Of a DNA stretch of 64,000 nucleotides, positions 1 to 11,825 are shown piece after piece. The position numbers and the translations under genes are program-made. Position 1 is the first letter of the stretch, and every line of letters begins with the position of its first letter. The stretch is from Planctomycetota bacterium (GTDB taxonomy: Bacteria; Planctomycetota; UBA11346): positions 16,257 to 80,256 of the forward strand of contig JANWWU010000078.1 in NCBI GenBank assembly GCA_025055595.1, written 5' to 3'. A model generated the notes under the pieces. The model worked only from the letters and a program-made list of their open reading frames with translations. It was not told the DNA's origin and searched no databases.

Positions 1-1215
1 AGCGCCGGGCGGACGGATCAGGCCGATCTCGCGGCGCGCCGGGATGCCGGCAATGCGCAGCGCCGCGCACAGCAGGTTGGCGTGCTCGGTGCAGTCGCCG
101 GTGCGGGTGCGGAAGGCGTCGAGGGCGCTGCCGTCGGCGACGCTGAGGTCGCGGGTCGTGATCCGGCCGCGGACGGCGGCGACCAGCGCCTCGAGGCGCT
201 CCTCGGCACTGCTGCGGCCGGTCAGCGCATCCTGCACCCAGGCGACGAGCTCGGGATCATCGATCTCGAGGAAGGCCGTCCGCGACAGCCAGGGCGCGGA
301 CTCGGCCAGGGGCTCCGCGCGCGCCTCGCTGCGCACTTCGACGATGTCGCCGACCTGGGTCTGGAAGGCGTCGTCGGGCACGCGCAGGCCTTCGGGCAGG
401 CGATAGCGTTCGCGCTCGGCCCCGCGCGGGGCCGGGCCAGCGCCGGCGACCATCGAGGCGGCATCGATCGCAGCGCCGAACAGCGCGACCGGGCCGCTCG
501 CCGGGCGCAGCTCGAAGCGCAGCCACCCGAGGCGCAGGTCCATCCGCATCAGCTCCCCGCGCCGCGAGACGACGAGCGCGGTCGGCGTCGGCACGAGGTC
601 GCTGGCGATGTCGTAGCCGAGACCGCCATCCTCGGCGATGCCGCGGAACGACGCGCGCTGCTCGGCGACGACCAGCTCGCCGCCGACGAGCTCGAGCAGC
701 GCGGTCCGCCACGGGGCTTCCGCGGTCGGCGGCGAACGCTCGGCGAGCGCCGCCAAACGCTGCTGGAAGGCGAGCGTGCCGAGCAGCGTCAGTCCGGAGG
801 GGACGACGAGCTCGCGCGCCGAACGGACGCCATGCCGCGCGACCTCGGCGAGGACCCGTTCGCCCTGCACGGCGGCGGTCGCCACCGTGCGCACCTGGTC
901 GACATCCTGCTCGATGCGCAGCGACTGCAGCCGGCCGGTGGCGTCCTCGCGCTCCTCCTGCCGCCGCCGCATCTCGATGCGCCACTCGCGACCCTGCAGA
1001 GGCCGACGCAGGGCGATCGTCCACTCCAGCACCGTGCTGCGCCCGCCCCCCTCCGGGATCGGCGAGCTGACGACATGCAGGGACAGCATCGGATGCATCG
1101 CCGCCTCGGTGCCGAGCCGGGCGACGAACCAGCGATCGCTCGCAGCGTTCGCTTCGTCGGCCGCCAGCAGCACGGCGCCGAGCAGCCAAGCGACCAGGGC
1201 GGGCAGCGGCAGCAT
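1..1215 (-). CDS. transglutaminase-like superfamily protein, probably secreted; partial, the 3' end runs off the left window edge
   Basis: Absent from the ORF track because there is no in-window stop. Manual minus-strand translation: N-terminus MLPLPALVAWLLGAVLLAADEANAAS is signal-peptide-like. Near the window edge, ...TRTGDCTEHANLLCAALRIAGIPARREIGLIRPPGA matches the transglutaminase-like Cys-core (C..HA.L...L.R..GIPAR). Codon-position GC periodicity (third position near 90% GC) fits this minus frame and not the listed ORFs 82..1287 (+) or 257..1936 (-). Confidence 0.6.
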   Translation of the reverse strand, partial: MLPLPALVAWLLGAVLLAADEANAASDRWFVARLGTEAAMHPMLSLHVVSSPIPEGGGRSTVLEWTIALRRPLQGREWRIEMRRRQEEREDATGRLQSLRIEQDVDQVRTVATAAVQGERVLAEVARHGVRSARELVVPSGLTLLGTLAFQQRLAALAERSPPTAEAPWRTALLELVGGELVVAEQRASFRGIAEDGGLGYDIASDLVPTPTALVVSRRGELMRMDLRLGWLRFELRPASGPVALFGAAIDAASMVAGAGPAPRGAERERYRLPEGLRVPDDAFQTQVGDIVEVRSEARAEPLAESAPWLSRTAFLEIDDPELVAWVQDALTGRSSAEERLEALVAAVRGRITTRDLSVADGSALDAFRTRTGDCTEHANLLCAALRIAGIPARREIGLIRPPGA

Positions 1216-1297
1216 GCCGCACAGTATGCGTTGCTGCCGACCGCGCCAACGCCGCGCCGGGGATGGCTGCGCCGCGCGTCTGCCTAGGATCGGCGTG

Positions 1298-1960
1298 ATG
1301 GATGCCCTGCTGCTCGTGCTCGTGCTCGCCGCCGGCGACGCCGCCTCCCAGGCCGCCGCCGCCGCCGTCGCCGCCGCCCTGCGCGCCGAGCCAGCACTGA
1401 CGGTCGTCGGCGCCCCGGCCTCCCACGCCGCCCTCGCCGAGCGCGGCCTCAGCGACCGCGATCTCGTGCAGCGCAGCGAGCGGGTACGCGACGTCACGCT
1501 CGCCGATCCCCGCTTGGCGATCGTCCGCGTCGAGCGGCGGGAGGCGGGAGCCGACGGCATCATCGACATCGAGATCTGGACGCGCGGCCAGCGCGTGCCA
1601 GTCATCGTCGCCGGCGGCGCCGCGCGCGACCCGCTGCTCAGCGCCCCCGCCGATGCCGTGCGCGCCCTGCGCCGCGCCGCGCCCTCGGCCGCCGAGGCCC
1701 AGGCGCGCCAGGAGGAGATCATCATCGACGACTGCCTGGCGCGACAAGATTGGGAGGGGCTGGTGCATGCCGCCAGCTCCGCCGCGGCCGGACCCCGCCT
1801 GCGCTATGCGGCGGTGGTCGCCCTTCTGCGCCTCGGCGATGCCGACGGCGCGCGTGCCGCCGCTGCCGCCCTGCAGGAGCGCTTTCCCGGGCACCCCCTG
1901 GCGCTCGCGGCGCAGGAGGTCCTCGCCGCGGCGCAACCGCCAGCGAACGGGGCTCCCTGA
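1298..1960 (+). CDS. hypothetical protein with an N-terminal hydrophobic segment (signal or TM) and an Ala/Leu-rich helical C-terminus
   Basis: In-frame internal ATG of track ORF 638..1960 (residue 221). High GC3 begins at this ATG. The upstream 220 codons of the track ORF lie inside the antisense transglutaminase-like gene and are Ser/Arg-rich junk. Confidence 0.5.
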   Translation: MDALLLVLVLAAGDAASQAAAAAVAAALRAEPALTVVGAPASHAALAERGLSDRDLVQRSERVRDVTLADPRLAIVRVERREAGADGIIDIEIWTRGQRVPVIVAGGAARDPLLSAPADAVRALRRAAPSAAEAQARQEEIIIDDCLARQDWEGLVHAASSAAAGPRLRYAAVVALLRLGDADGARAAAAALQERFPGHPLALAAQEVLAAAQPPANGAP

Positions 1961-1963
1961 GCC

Positions 1964-2284
1964 TCACTCCTCCAAGCCGTGGCGCTTGGTGCTCGGCGCA
2001 TCGATGATGTGCGCCTCGAGGACCTGCGCGACCTCCAGGCCGCGATAGCGGTGCTCGTCGGGAGCCTGCACGTAGAGATGGGCGAAGTACCCATCGGAGC
2101 TCTCCGACAGCTCGAGCTTCATCACGCATTCGCTGTCGGTGTAGCGGAAGGTGTAGGTCGAGACCTGCTCGAAGCCGAGGGGTGCGAGGCGGGCAGCGAA
2201 CCACTCGACGGGTTGGGGGAAATCGATCGGCTCCTCCGGATCGATCGAGATGGCGAACTTGCGGACCGTCCGATGTGTCAACAT
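1964..2284 (-). CDS. hypothetical small protein (106 aa)
   Basis: Track ORF MLTHRTVRKFAISIDPEEPIDFPQPVEWFAARLAPLGFEQV... has normal, non-shadow composition. It lies 53 nt downstream of secA on the same strand. Confidence 0.5.
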   Translation of the reverse strand: MLTHRTVRKFAISIDPEEPIDFPQPVEWFAARLAPLGFEQVSTYTFRYTDSECVMKLELSESSDGYFAHLYVQAPDEHRYRGLEVAQVLEAHIIDAPSTKRHGLEE

Positions 2285-2337
2285 CGCGTTGCCGGAATGC
2301 TAACGGGTTGGACGGCTCGCTGCAAGTGGTCCGGACA

Positions 2338-5268
<2,931 letters not shown>

Positions 5269-5336
5269 ACGGCACCTGCGGGGTTGTGTACGCTAGCGCA
5301 ACGACCAACATTGCCACCTGCATCGCCGAGCCGCGC

Positions 5337-5900
5337 ATGTCTGAGGAAGTTCCCGCCTGCGGCGCGCGCCGCACGCTCGCGAGCACGCGCTTCTTCGAGG
5401 TCGTCGAGGAGGAGATCGTCGACCGCGAAGGCCGTCCGTATCCGTACTTCACCATCGATGCGCGCTACGATGCGGTCATCGTCGTCCCGCAGCTGCCCGA
5501 CGGCCGCCTGCTCGTCGAGCGCATCTACCGCCATCCCTACCGCCGCTGGCTGTGGGAGTTCCCGGCCGGCGGCATCGAGCCGGACGAGGATCCGCTGGCC
5601 GCCGCCGCGCGCGAGCTCGCCGAGGAGACCGGCTACCGCGCCGGGCGGCTGCGCGAGCTGTGCCGCTGCGCGGCGATGCCCGGCCTGCTGCGCATGCAGC
5701 TGGTCATCGTCGCGGCGAGCGAGCTGGTCCCGGGAGCGCCGCCGCAGCATGACCGCGCGGAGTTCCTGCGCGTCGAGGCGCTCGCGCCCGCACAGGTGCG
5801 CGCCCTCGCCTTCGCCCGGCCGCCGGTCTCCTCCTTCCTGCTCTTCGGCTGGCTGGCGCTGCAGGGCGCCGCGCTTCAGGGATCCGAGCAGTCCTCGTAA
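5337..5900 (+). CDS. NUDIX hydrolase
   Basis: Perfect Nudix box GGIEPDEDPLAAAARELAEETGY (G-x5-E-x7-REUxEExGU). The start is taken at the internal Met (residue 18 of track ORF 5286..5900). Confidence 0.8.
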   Translation: MSEEVPACGARRTLASTRFFEVVEEEIVDREGRPYPYFTIDARYDAVIVVPQLPDGRLLVERIYRHPYRRWLWEFPAGGIEPDEDPLAAAARELAEETGYRAGRLRELCRCAAMPGLLRMQLVIVAASELVPGAPPQHDRAEFLRVEALAPAQVRALAFARPPVSSFLLFGWLALQGAALQGSEQSS

Positions 5901-6319
5901 ACGCGGATCGAGAAGCCGCCATCCGCGCCCCGCAGCCGGCACTCGGCGAGCAGCTCGAGGCGGCAGCGGCGCAAGCCATGCTCGCTGCCGGCGAGCACCG
6001 AGGGCAGCGCCAGCTGGCTCGGACCGGCGACCAGCGTCTTCACATGCCCGGCGACCATGTTGGCGAGCTCGCCGAGGGCATCGCGGGCGTCGGCTTCGCC
6101 GACCTCGTCGCGCGCGATCGCGAACATCCGCGCCGCCGCGCCGACCGCCACCGGCAGGGCGGCCGAGAGGACGACCGCGCCGCGGAAGGCGCCGGTGATC
6201 TGCACGCAGGCCGTCAGCGCGACGTCCTCGACCGCAGCCGCCGGCGCCAGCTCCTCGGCCAAGACATCGCGCCACACTTCGCTGGCGATGCGCTCGAGGT
6301 CTTCGGCGGTGACGCTCAT
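5876..6319 (-). CDS. cheX: chemotaxis phosphatase CheX (CheC/CheX/FliY family)
   Basis: 147 aa. MSVTAEDLERIASEVW... with the family motif GELANMVAG (E..N..AG). It is the last gene of the che operon. Its ATG overlaps the cheR stop (TGATG). The 3' end overlaps the NUDIX gene convergently by about 25 nt. Confidence 0.7.
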   Translation of the reverse strand: MSVTAEDLERIASEVWRDVLAEELAPAAAVEDVALTACVQITGAFRGAVVLSAALPVAVGAAARMFAIARDEVGEADARDALGELANMVAGHVKTLVAGPSQLALPSVLAGSEHGLRRCRLELLAECRLRGADGGFSIRVYEDCSDP

Positions 6320-7143
6320 CAGGCCCCCCTCAAGCGGTAGCAGCCGCCCTTGTCGTAGTCGACGCGGACGAAGTTGTCGTCGATGTTCAGCGTCGTCTCG
6401 GCGCCGCCAAGGAAGAGGTAGCCGTCCGGGCGCAGCAGCTTGCGACACTTGGCGAGGATCTCGCGCTTGGTCTCGATATCGAAGTAGATCAGCACATTGC
6501 GGATGAAGATGACATCGAGCTGGCCGCTGATCGGATAGGCATCGAGCAGGTTGAGCTCTTTGAACTCGATCATCCGTTTGAGGTCGTCCTTGATCACCCA
6601 GTCCAGGCCGTCCTTGGTGAAGTACTTGAGCAGCAGGGGCGCCGGCAGCCCGCGGTTGACCTCGAGCTGGCTGTAGCGACCGGCGCGCGCGCGCTTGAGC
6701 ACCTCGGTCGCGATGTCGGTGGCGAGGAAGCGGACCGTCCAGCCGCTGACCTGCGGGAAATGCTCGCGCAGGACGATCGCGACGCTGTACGGCTCCTGCC
6801 CGGTCGAGGCCGCGGCGCACCAGAAATCGAGCCGCCTGCTCGCCGCCCGCTTGGCGATCAGGTCGGGCAGCACGACCTTCTTCAAGCATTCGAAGGGATG
6901 GAGGTCGCGGAAGAAGAAGGTCTCATTGGTCGTCATCGCCTCGACGACCTGCCGCGCCAGCTGGCCGTTGGGCTCGCTGCGCAGCCGCGGCACGAGGTCC
7001 TCGACGCCTTTGAGCCCGATCGCCTTGGCCAGCGGCGTCAGGCGGCTCTCCAGCAGGTAGCCCTTGTCCTCGCCAAGCACGATCCCGCTCTTGGCGCGCA
7101 CGAGCTGACGGAGGAAATCGGCGTCGGCCTTGGCGAGCGGCAT
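6319..7143 (-). CDS. cheR: chemotaxis protein methyltransferase CheR
   Basis: 274 aa from the internal Met. MPLAKADADFLRQLV..., TNETFFFRD and a SAM-dependent methyltransferase fold. The first 75 residues of the track ORF are Arg/Gly junk overlapping cheB. Confidence 0.85.
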   Translation of the reverse strand: MPLAKADADFLRQLVRAKSGIVLGEDKGYLLESRLTPLAKAIGLKGVEDLVPRLRSEPNGQLARQVVEAMTTNETFFFRDLHPFECLKKVVLPDLIAKRAASRRLDFWCAAASTGQEPYSVAIVLREHFPQVSGWTVRFLATDIATEVLKRARAGRYSQLEVNRGLPAPLLLKYFTKDGLDWVIKDDLKRMIEFKELNLLDAYPISGQLDVIFIRNVLIYFDIETKREILAKCRKLLRPDGYLFLGGAETTLNIDDNFVRVDYDKGGCYRLRGA

Positions 7144-8486
7144 CAGCGCACCCTCGCGCGCAACGCGATGGTCTCCGCCAGCTGCGACAGCGGCACCAGC
7201 CGCTCGACGATGCCGGCCTTGTGCACCGCGCCGGGCATCCCCCAGACGACGCTCGTCGCCTCGTCCTGCGCGATCACCGGCGCGCCGAGCTCGTGCAGCT
7301 GCAGCGCGCCGAGCAAGCCGTCCTGGCCCATGCCGGTCATGATCACGACCAGCACATTCCCTCCCCACACGCTCGCCGCCGAGCGGAACAGGACATCGGC
7401 CGCCGGACGGACGGAGTTCTCCGGCGGATCGCGGTTGAGCCGGCAGCGCACGCTCGCCTGCTCGCGGCGCACCGTCAAGTGGTAGTCCCCGGGAGCGATG
7501 TAGACGCGTCCCGGCAGCACCTCGTCGCCCTCGGCCGCCTCGACGACGGGCAGCCGCGACTGCCCCTGCAGGCGCTCGGCGAGCAGGCGCGTGAACACCG
7601 GCGGCATGTGCTGGACGACGAGCACGGGCAGCGGCAGATCGGCGGGCAGCCGCGGGATGACTTCCGCCAGTGCGTTAGGGCCGCCAGTCGAAACCCCGAT
7701 CAGCACCGCCTCGCAGCGCGTCGTCCGCTGGAGCGCGCCGACGGGCGTGGCGGGCAGCGGCGTCGCCCGCAGCGCCGAAGGCGGTGTTGCGGGCGGCAGA
7801 CGCGGCAGTGACGGGGGAGCGGGAGTCGGCCGCGCAGTCGGGGCCGGCGAGGGTCGCAGCGCTGGAACCAGGCTGGACGGCGTGCACACTTCAGCCGCCG
7901 GCAGCGGAACCGCCGGCACGATCGTCGGCGGCGGCTTCGGTGGCGTGCGCGGTTCGCCGGCGGGCGCCGGAGGGGCGGCCGGCACCGCCTCGCCGGCTGG
8001 CTCGGCCGGCGCCGGCCTGGGCGGCGGCGCATAGCGGATCGCGGCCCGCGCCACGGCGCTGAGGTCGCCCGGACCCCGCGCCAGGATTTTGAGCTTGCCG
8101 CCGAGCTCCACGCGCAGCTGCTCGAGCACGGCGGTCATACTCGCCCCGGACGAGGCCGTCGGCTTGGTGACGAAGTCGTCGGCCCCGGCATGCAGGGCCT
8201 CGAGGGTCACCGCCGCGCTCTCGCGGGTCGGCGCGGCGAACATGATCACCGGCAGCTTCTGCCAGTGGCGCCGGATCTCGCGGACGGTGTCGATCCCGCT
8301 CAGCACCGGCATCTCGACATCGCAGACGACGGCGTCGGGCTGCAGCTCGCGGATGCCGGCCAGCCCCTGCTGGCCGTCGCCGGCTTCGCCGACCACCTCG
8401 ATCTCGGGATCGGCGGCGAGGGCGCTGCGGAGCAGGCGCCGCACGACCGCCGAGTCATCGATCAGCAGGACGCGGAGTCGCGCCAT
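7143..8486 (-). CDS. cheB: chemotaxis response regulator protein-glutamate methylesterase CheB
   Basis: N-terminal receiver MARLRVLLIDDSAVVRR...DAVVCDVEMP. C-terminal methylesterase AVLIGVSTGGPNAL...QHMPP...GMGQDG. The two are separated by an unusually long Pro/Ala-rich linker. The stop overlaps the cheR start by 1 nt. Confidence 0.9.
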   Translation of the reverse strand: MARLRVLLIDDSAVVRRLLRSALAADPEIEVVGEAGDGQQGLAGIRELQPDAVVCDVEMPVLSGIDTVREIRRHWQKLPVIMFAAPTRESAAVTLEALHAGADDFVTKPTASSGASMTAVLEQLRVELGGKLKILARGPGDLSAVARAAIRYAPPPRPAPAEPAGEAVPAAPPAPAGEPRTPPKPPPTIVPAVPLPAAEVCTPSSLVPALRPSPAPTARPTPAPPSLPRLPPATPPSALRATPLPATPVGALQRTTRCEAVLIGVSTGGPNALAEVIPRLPADLPLPVLVVQHMPPVFTRLLAERLQGQSRLPVVEAAEGDEVLPGRVYIAPGDYHLTVRREQASVRCRLNRDPPENSVRPAADVLFRSAASVWGGNVLVVIMTGMGQDGLLGALQLHELGAPVIAQDEATSVVWGMPGAVHKAGIVERLVPLSQLAETIALRARVR

Positions 8487-8861
8487 TCAGCCCCCGATCA
8501 GCCCCAGCATCTCCAGCTTGGACTGGATCGCTTCCTTGGTGAACGGTTTCATCACATACTCGTCGGCGCCGGCGGCCAGCGCCTTGCTGATCTGCTCGGC
8601 TTCGGTCTCCGTCGTGCACATGACGATCTTCATCTGCTCGCTGCTGATGCGCGTCCGGGCCGCGACGACGAAGTCGTAGCCGTTCATCACCGGCATGTTC
8701 CAGTCGACCATCGCCAGCTGGAAGGGCCCGCGCTCGGCGAGCGCGGCCAGCCCCTCCTGGCCGTTGCCGGCCTGCACGCACTCCGCAAAGCCGAGCTCGG
8801 CGAGCGTGCGGCAGATGACGGAACGCACGGCGCGGGAGTCGTCGATCACCAGGGCGCGCAT
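8487..8861 (-). CDS. cheY: chemotaxis response regulator CheY (single-domain receiver)
   Basis: 124 aa. MRALVIDDSRAVR...LAMVDWNMPVMNG...IVMCTTE...YVMKPF. It is the first gene of the minus-strand che operon. Confidence 0.85.
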   Translation of the reverse strand: MRALVIDDSRAVRSVICRTLAELGFAECVQAGNGQEGLAALAERGPFQLAMVDWNMPVMNGYDFVVAARTRISSEQMKIVMCTTETEAEQISKALAAGADEYVMKPFTKEAIQSKLEMLGLIGG

Positions 8862-9001
8862 ACGGACTCCGGAAGACGACGCAGGTCGCTGGGCGGCAGC
8901 CTACCGGCGAAGGGACTCTTGGCAATCTTGATCGCGCGCTGACGCGCGCAGCGGCGCGCGCTCGCGGCTTGTGCGCTCGCCGGCGGCTCGAGGGTAGCGC
9001 C

Positions 9002-9691
9002 ATGCGCTGGTTGGTGCTGCTGCTCGGCGCGCTGCTGGTCGCCGGCGATGCCGGCCAGCGCTTCGTGTTCGTCGAGAGCCTCGCCACCCGCGCCGCTTCA
9101 AGCGGCGATCGCGCGGTCACCGAGCGGCTGCGCGCCCAGCTCAGCGCGCGGCTGAGCGCGGCGCGCCGGGAGCTGACGACGGCGCCGCCGAGCTTGGCCG
9201 CGATCATCCGCGCCGACATCGCCGCCTTCGAGGCCGAGCTCGAGCGGCTGGCGCTGGCGACGGGCGGCGAGCTGGCGGTCGCTCGCCAGACCCTGCTGAT
9301 CGCCGCTGATCGCTTCACGCTCAGCGGCGACGACGGGGTGTCGCTCATCGTCGATCGTCAGACCGGCCAGGGCTACCGCATCGGCCCGGGAGCGGAGACG
9401 CTGCCGATCGCGCTCGCCGCCCCCGCCCAGCCGCTGCCGGCGCAGCAGGGGCGCGAGGGTCCGCTGCTGCTCGGGCGGCCGACGCGGCGCTTCGAGCTCT
9501 CGCTCGACGGCCGCGACTTCACCGCGTGCATCGATCCCGAGCTGCCGAACGCCTTCGCCTGGCTGCTGCCCGCCGGCGGCGACGCCTCGGCGCTGGCCCG
9601 CGCGCTCGCTCGCCTGCCCGGGCTGCCCCTGCAGATCACCTGCGAGCACGAGGGGCTGATCCGCCGCTTGCAGTGCATCGCCATCGAATGA
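9002..9691 (+). CDS. hypothetical secreted protein
   Basis: Internal Met MRWLVLLLGALLVAGDAG gives a signal-peptide-like N-terminus. The stop TGA overlaps the ATG of the following radical SAM gene (ATGA). Confidence 0.5.
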   Translation: MRWLVLLLGALLVAGDAGQRFVFVESLATRAASSGDRAVTERLRAQLSARLSAARRELTTAPPSLAAIIRADIAAFEAELERLALATGGELAVARQTLLIAADRFTLSGDDGVSLIVDRQTGQGYRIGPGAETLPIALAAPAQPLPAQQGREGPLLLGRPTRRFELSLDGRDFTACIDPELPNAFAWLLPAGGDASALARALARLPGLPLQITCEHEGLIRRLQCIAIE

Positions 9692-10542
9692 ACGACCTCG
9701 TCCGCCTCCATCCCCGCACCTGGCGCCAGTTCCGCTTCGCCTATCCGGTGATCAGCCGGCGCGCGCGCGGCCTGTCGCTCGGGCTCAACCTCAACCCCGA
9801 CACGGTGTGCAACTTCGACTGCGCCTACTGCGATGTCGATCGCCGTCAGCCGCCGCGGGAAACGGAGGTCGACGAGCAGGCCCTGCTCGCCGAGCTGGCG
9901 GCGCTGCTCGCGATGGCCCGCGACGGTGCGATCTGGCAGGAAGCGCCCTTCGACCGCACGCCCCCCGCCCTGCGCCGCCTCAACGACATCGCCTTCAGCG
10001 GCGACGGCGAGCCGACGAGCTACCCGCGCTTCCCCGAGGTCCTCGCCGCCGTCGACGCCCTGCGCCAGCGCCAGGCCCCGGAGCTGCCGCTCGTCGTCAT
10101 CACCAACGCCACGCTGTTCCACCGTCCGGCGGTGCGCGCCGCGCTGCTGTCGCTGGCGTTGCACGACGAGATCTGGGCCAAGCTCGACGCCGGCAGCGAA
10201 GACTGGTACCGGCGCATCGACCGCAGCCGCATCCCCTTCGCGCGGGTGCTCGGCAACCTGCGCGAGCTCGGCCGGGCGCGCGCGCTGGTCATCCAGTCGC
10301 TGTGGTGCCGCGTCGCCGGCCAGCCGCCGCCGCGCTACGAGGTCGCGTCCTGGGTCGAGCGCCTCGCCTGGCTGCAGGCCGAGCAGGCGCGGATCGCGCG
10401 CATTCAGGTCTATACGATCTCGCGGCCGACCGCCGAACCCTGGGTCGCGGCGCTGCGCGACGAGGAGCTCGCGGCGATCGCCGACGCCGCGCGCCCGCTC
10501 GGCATCCCGGTCGAGATCTTCACTTCGGGATCAGCGGATTGA
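9688..10542 (+). CDS. radical SAM domain protein
   Basis: CNFDCAYCDV (CxxxCxxC) near the N-terminus and a glycine-rich SAM motif FSGDGEPT. The start is taken at MNDLVRLHPRTW (residue 55 of the track ORF). About 284 aa with no SPASM extension visible. Confidence 0.75.
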   Translation: MNDLVRLHPRTWRQFRFAYPVISRRARGLSLGLNLNPDTVCNFDCAYCDVDRRQPPRETEVDEQALLAELAALLAMARDGAIWQEAPFDRTPPALRRLNDIAFSGDGEPTSYPRFPEVLAAVDALRQRQAPELPLVVITNATLFHRPAVRAALLSLALHDEIWAKLDAGSEDWYRRIDRSRIPFARVLGNLRELGRARALVIQSLWCRVAGQPPPRYEVASWVERLAWLQAEQARIARIQVYTISRPTAEPWVAALRDEELAAIADAARPLGIPVEIFTSGSAD

Positions 10543-11263
10543 CATCGCGCTCCCAATACGGGGTGCTCCAGAACACCTGCCCGGCCATCGACAGGTTGTG
10601 CACGCGCCGCTGGCGCTCGAGGTCGCCGAGTCGCGCCCACTCGGCGTGGTGGAAGCAGCGAACGATCGGCACGCGATCGAGCGGGAAGGGCGCCCCGAAG
10701 TCCTCGGGGCGGCCGCGCGGCGCGGCGACCTCCGGGCGCAGGTTCCCATGCTGCTGCTGGTGGCGCTTGGCGTCGGCCCAGCTGACGCTGCCGAGCGCCG
10801 GCCAGGCGTTGGCCGGACGATCGCGATAGAAGTAGGCGATGTCGTCCTCGGTCAGCATCTGCAGCCGGTTGTACCAGTTGCGCCCGGTGTTCGAGCTGAA
10901 CTCGTACATGTAGCTCGAGCCCGGCTCGTGCAGGCGGGTGTAGGGCCACTCGTCGTCGTGCGGCAGTCCGCGCCGCCCGAGGCGCTCGTCGCTGCCCGCG
11001 CTGCGATCGAAGGGACACAGCAGGCCGCGCGCCGGCAGATCCCACTGCGGATCATCAGCCAGCGCGCGCAGGTGCGCCGGGCTGCGGCCGCCGCGCTCCT
11101 GGCCGTAGGCGATGACCGCCACGCCGATCTGCCGCAGGTTGTCGGCGCACTGCGCGGTCCGCGCCTGGTTGCGGACCAGCTGGATCCCGGGCACAAGCAG
11201 CGCCGCGAGCACGACGATGACGCCGAGCGCCGCCAGCAGCTCGAGCAGCGTGAAGCCACGCAT
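10520..11263 (-). CDS. prepilin-type N-terminal cleavage/methylation domain protein (DUF1559-like, the Planctomycetes H-X9-DG family)
   Basis: Internal Met MRGFTLLELLAALGVIVVLAALLVPGIQLVRNQARTAQCADNLRQIGVAVIAYGQE is a class-III signal/pseudopilin N-terminus followed by the characteristic QC.NNL.QIG..., typical of DUF1559 proteins. The upstream 65 codons of the track ORF are junk. Confidence 0.75.
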   Translation of the reverse strand: MRGFTLLELLAALGVIVVLAALLVPGIQLVRNQARTAQCADNLRQIGVAVIAYGQERGGRSPAHLRALADDPQWDLPARGLLCPFDRSAGSDERLGRRGLPHDDEWPYTRLHEPGSSYMYEFSSNTGRNWYNRLQMLTEDDIAYFYRDRPANAWPALGSVSWADAKRHQQQHGNLRPEVAAPRGRPEDFGAPFPLDRVPIVRCFHHAEWARLGDLERQRRVHNLSMAGQVFWSTPYWERDVNPLIPK

Positions 11264-11345
11264 CGCGGAATCCCACGCCGTGCCGGAAGCGGTCAAGGCC
11301 CCGCCGTTGACCGGCTGTGACCCCCGCGAGGCTCGGGGCGGCACG

Positions 11346-11825
11346 ATGAGCGATCTTCCTCCCCTGATCCCGGCGCGCGGCGCCGTGATCCTCTGCGACC
11401 ACCTGGCGACGATGCAGGCCGGCAAGTGGCTGATCGTCGGCACCTTCACCACCGTCATCTGCCACGCGCCGGAGCAGCGCTTCGCCGCGCTGCCGGTCTA
11501 TGTGCGCGCCCAGGTCGAGGACACGCGCGAGCACCAGCTGACAGTCCGCCTGATCGTCCGCGACCTGCCGCCGCATGTGCCCAGCCCGCTGCCCGCCCTG
11601 ACGCGCCAGGTCGCGACCAGCGATCCGAATGTACCGATCGAGGTCGGCTTCAGCTGCCCGCCCTTCGCCGTGCAGTGCCCGGTGCCCTTCGCCAGCCTCG
11701 GCGGCGGCAAGCGCGCGACGGTGCACCTGACCGTCTGGGCGGAGATCGACGACTGCCCGCTGGCGTCCTCCCCGCTCAACATCGTCTTCGCCGCCCCGCG
11801 CGACAGCAAGCCGGGCCAGGTTTAG
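11346..11825 (+). CDS. hypothetical protein (159 aa)
   Basis: Internal Met MSDLPPLIPARGAVILCDHLATMQAGKWLIVGTF... of track ORF 11112..11825. The upstream part is Ser/Thr junk overlapping the divergent gene. Confidence 0.5.
   Translation: MSDLPPLIPARGAVILCDHLATMQAGKWLIVGTFTTVICHAPEQRFAALPVYVRAQVEDTREHQLTVRLIVRDLPPHVPSPLPALTRQVATSDPNVPIEVGFSCPPFAVQCPVPFASLGGGKRATVHLTVWAEIDDCPLASSPLNIVFAAPRDSKPGQV

Noticed and set aside
82-1936. Track ORFs 82..1287 (+), 257..1936 (-) and the 5' part of 638..1960 (+)
   Set aside because: Codon-position GC analysis shows that the coding frame in 1..1215 is a different minus-strand frame, the transglutaminase-like gene. These ORFs are Arg/Gly-rich shadows. Only the 1298..1960 tail of 638..1960 is real.
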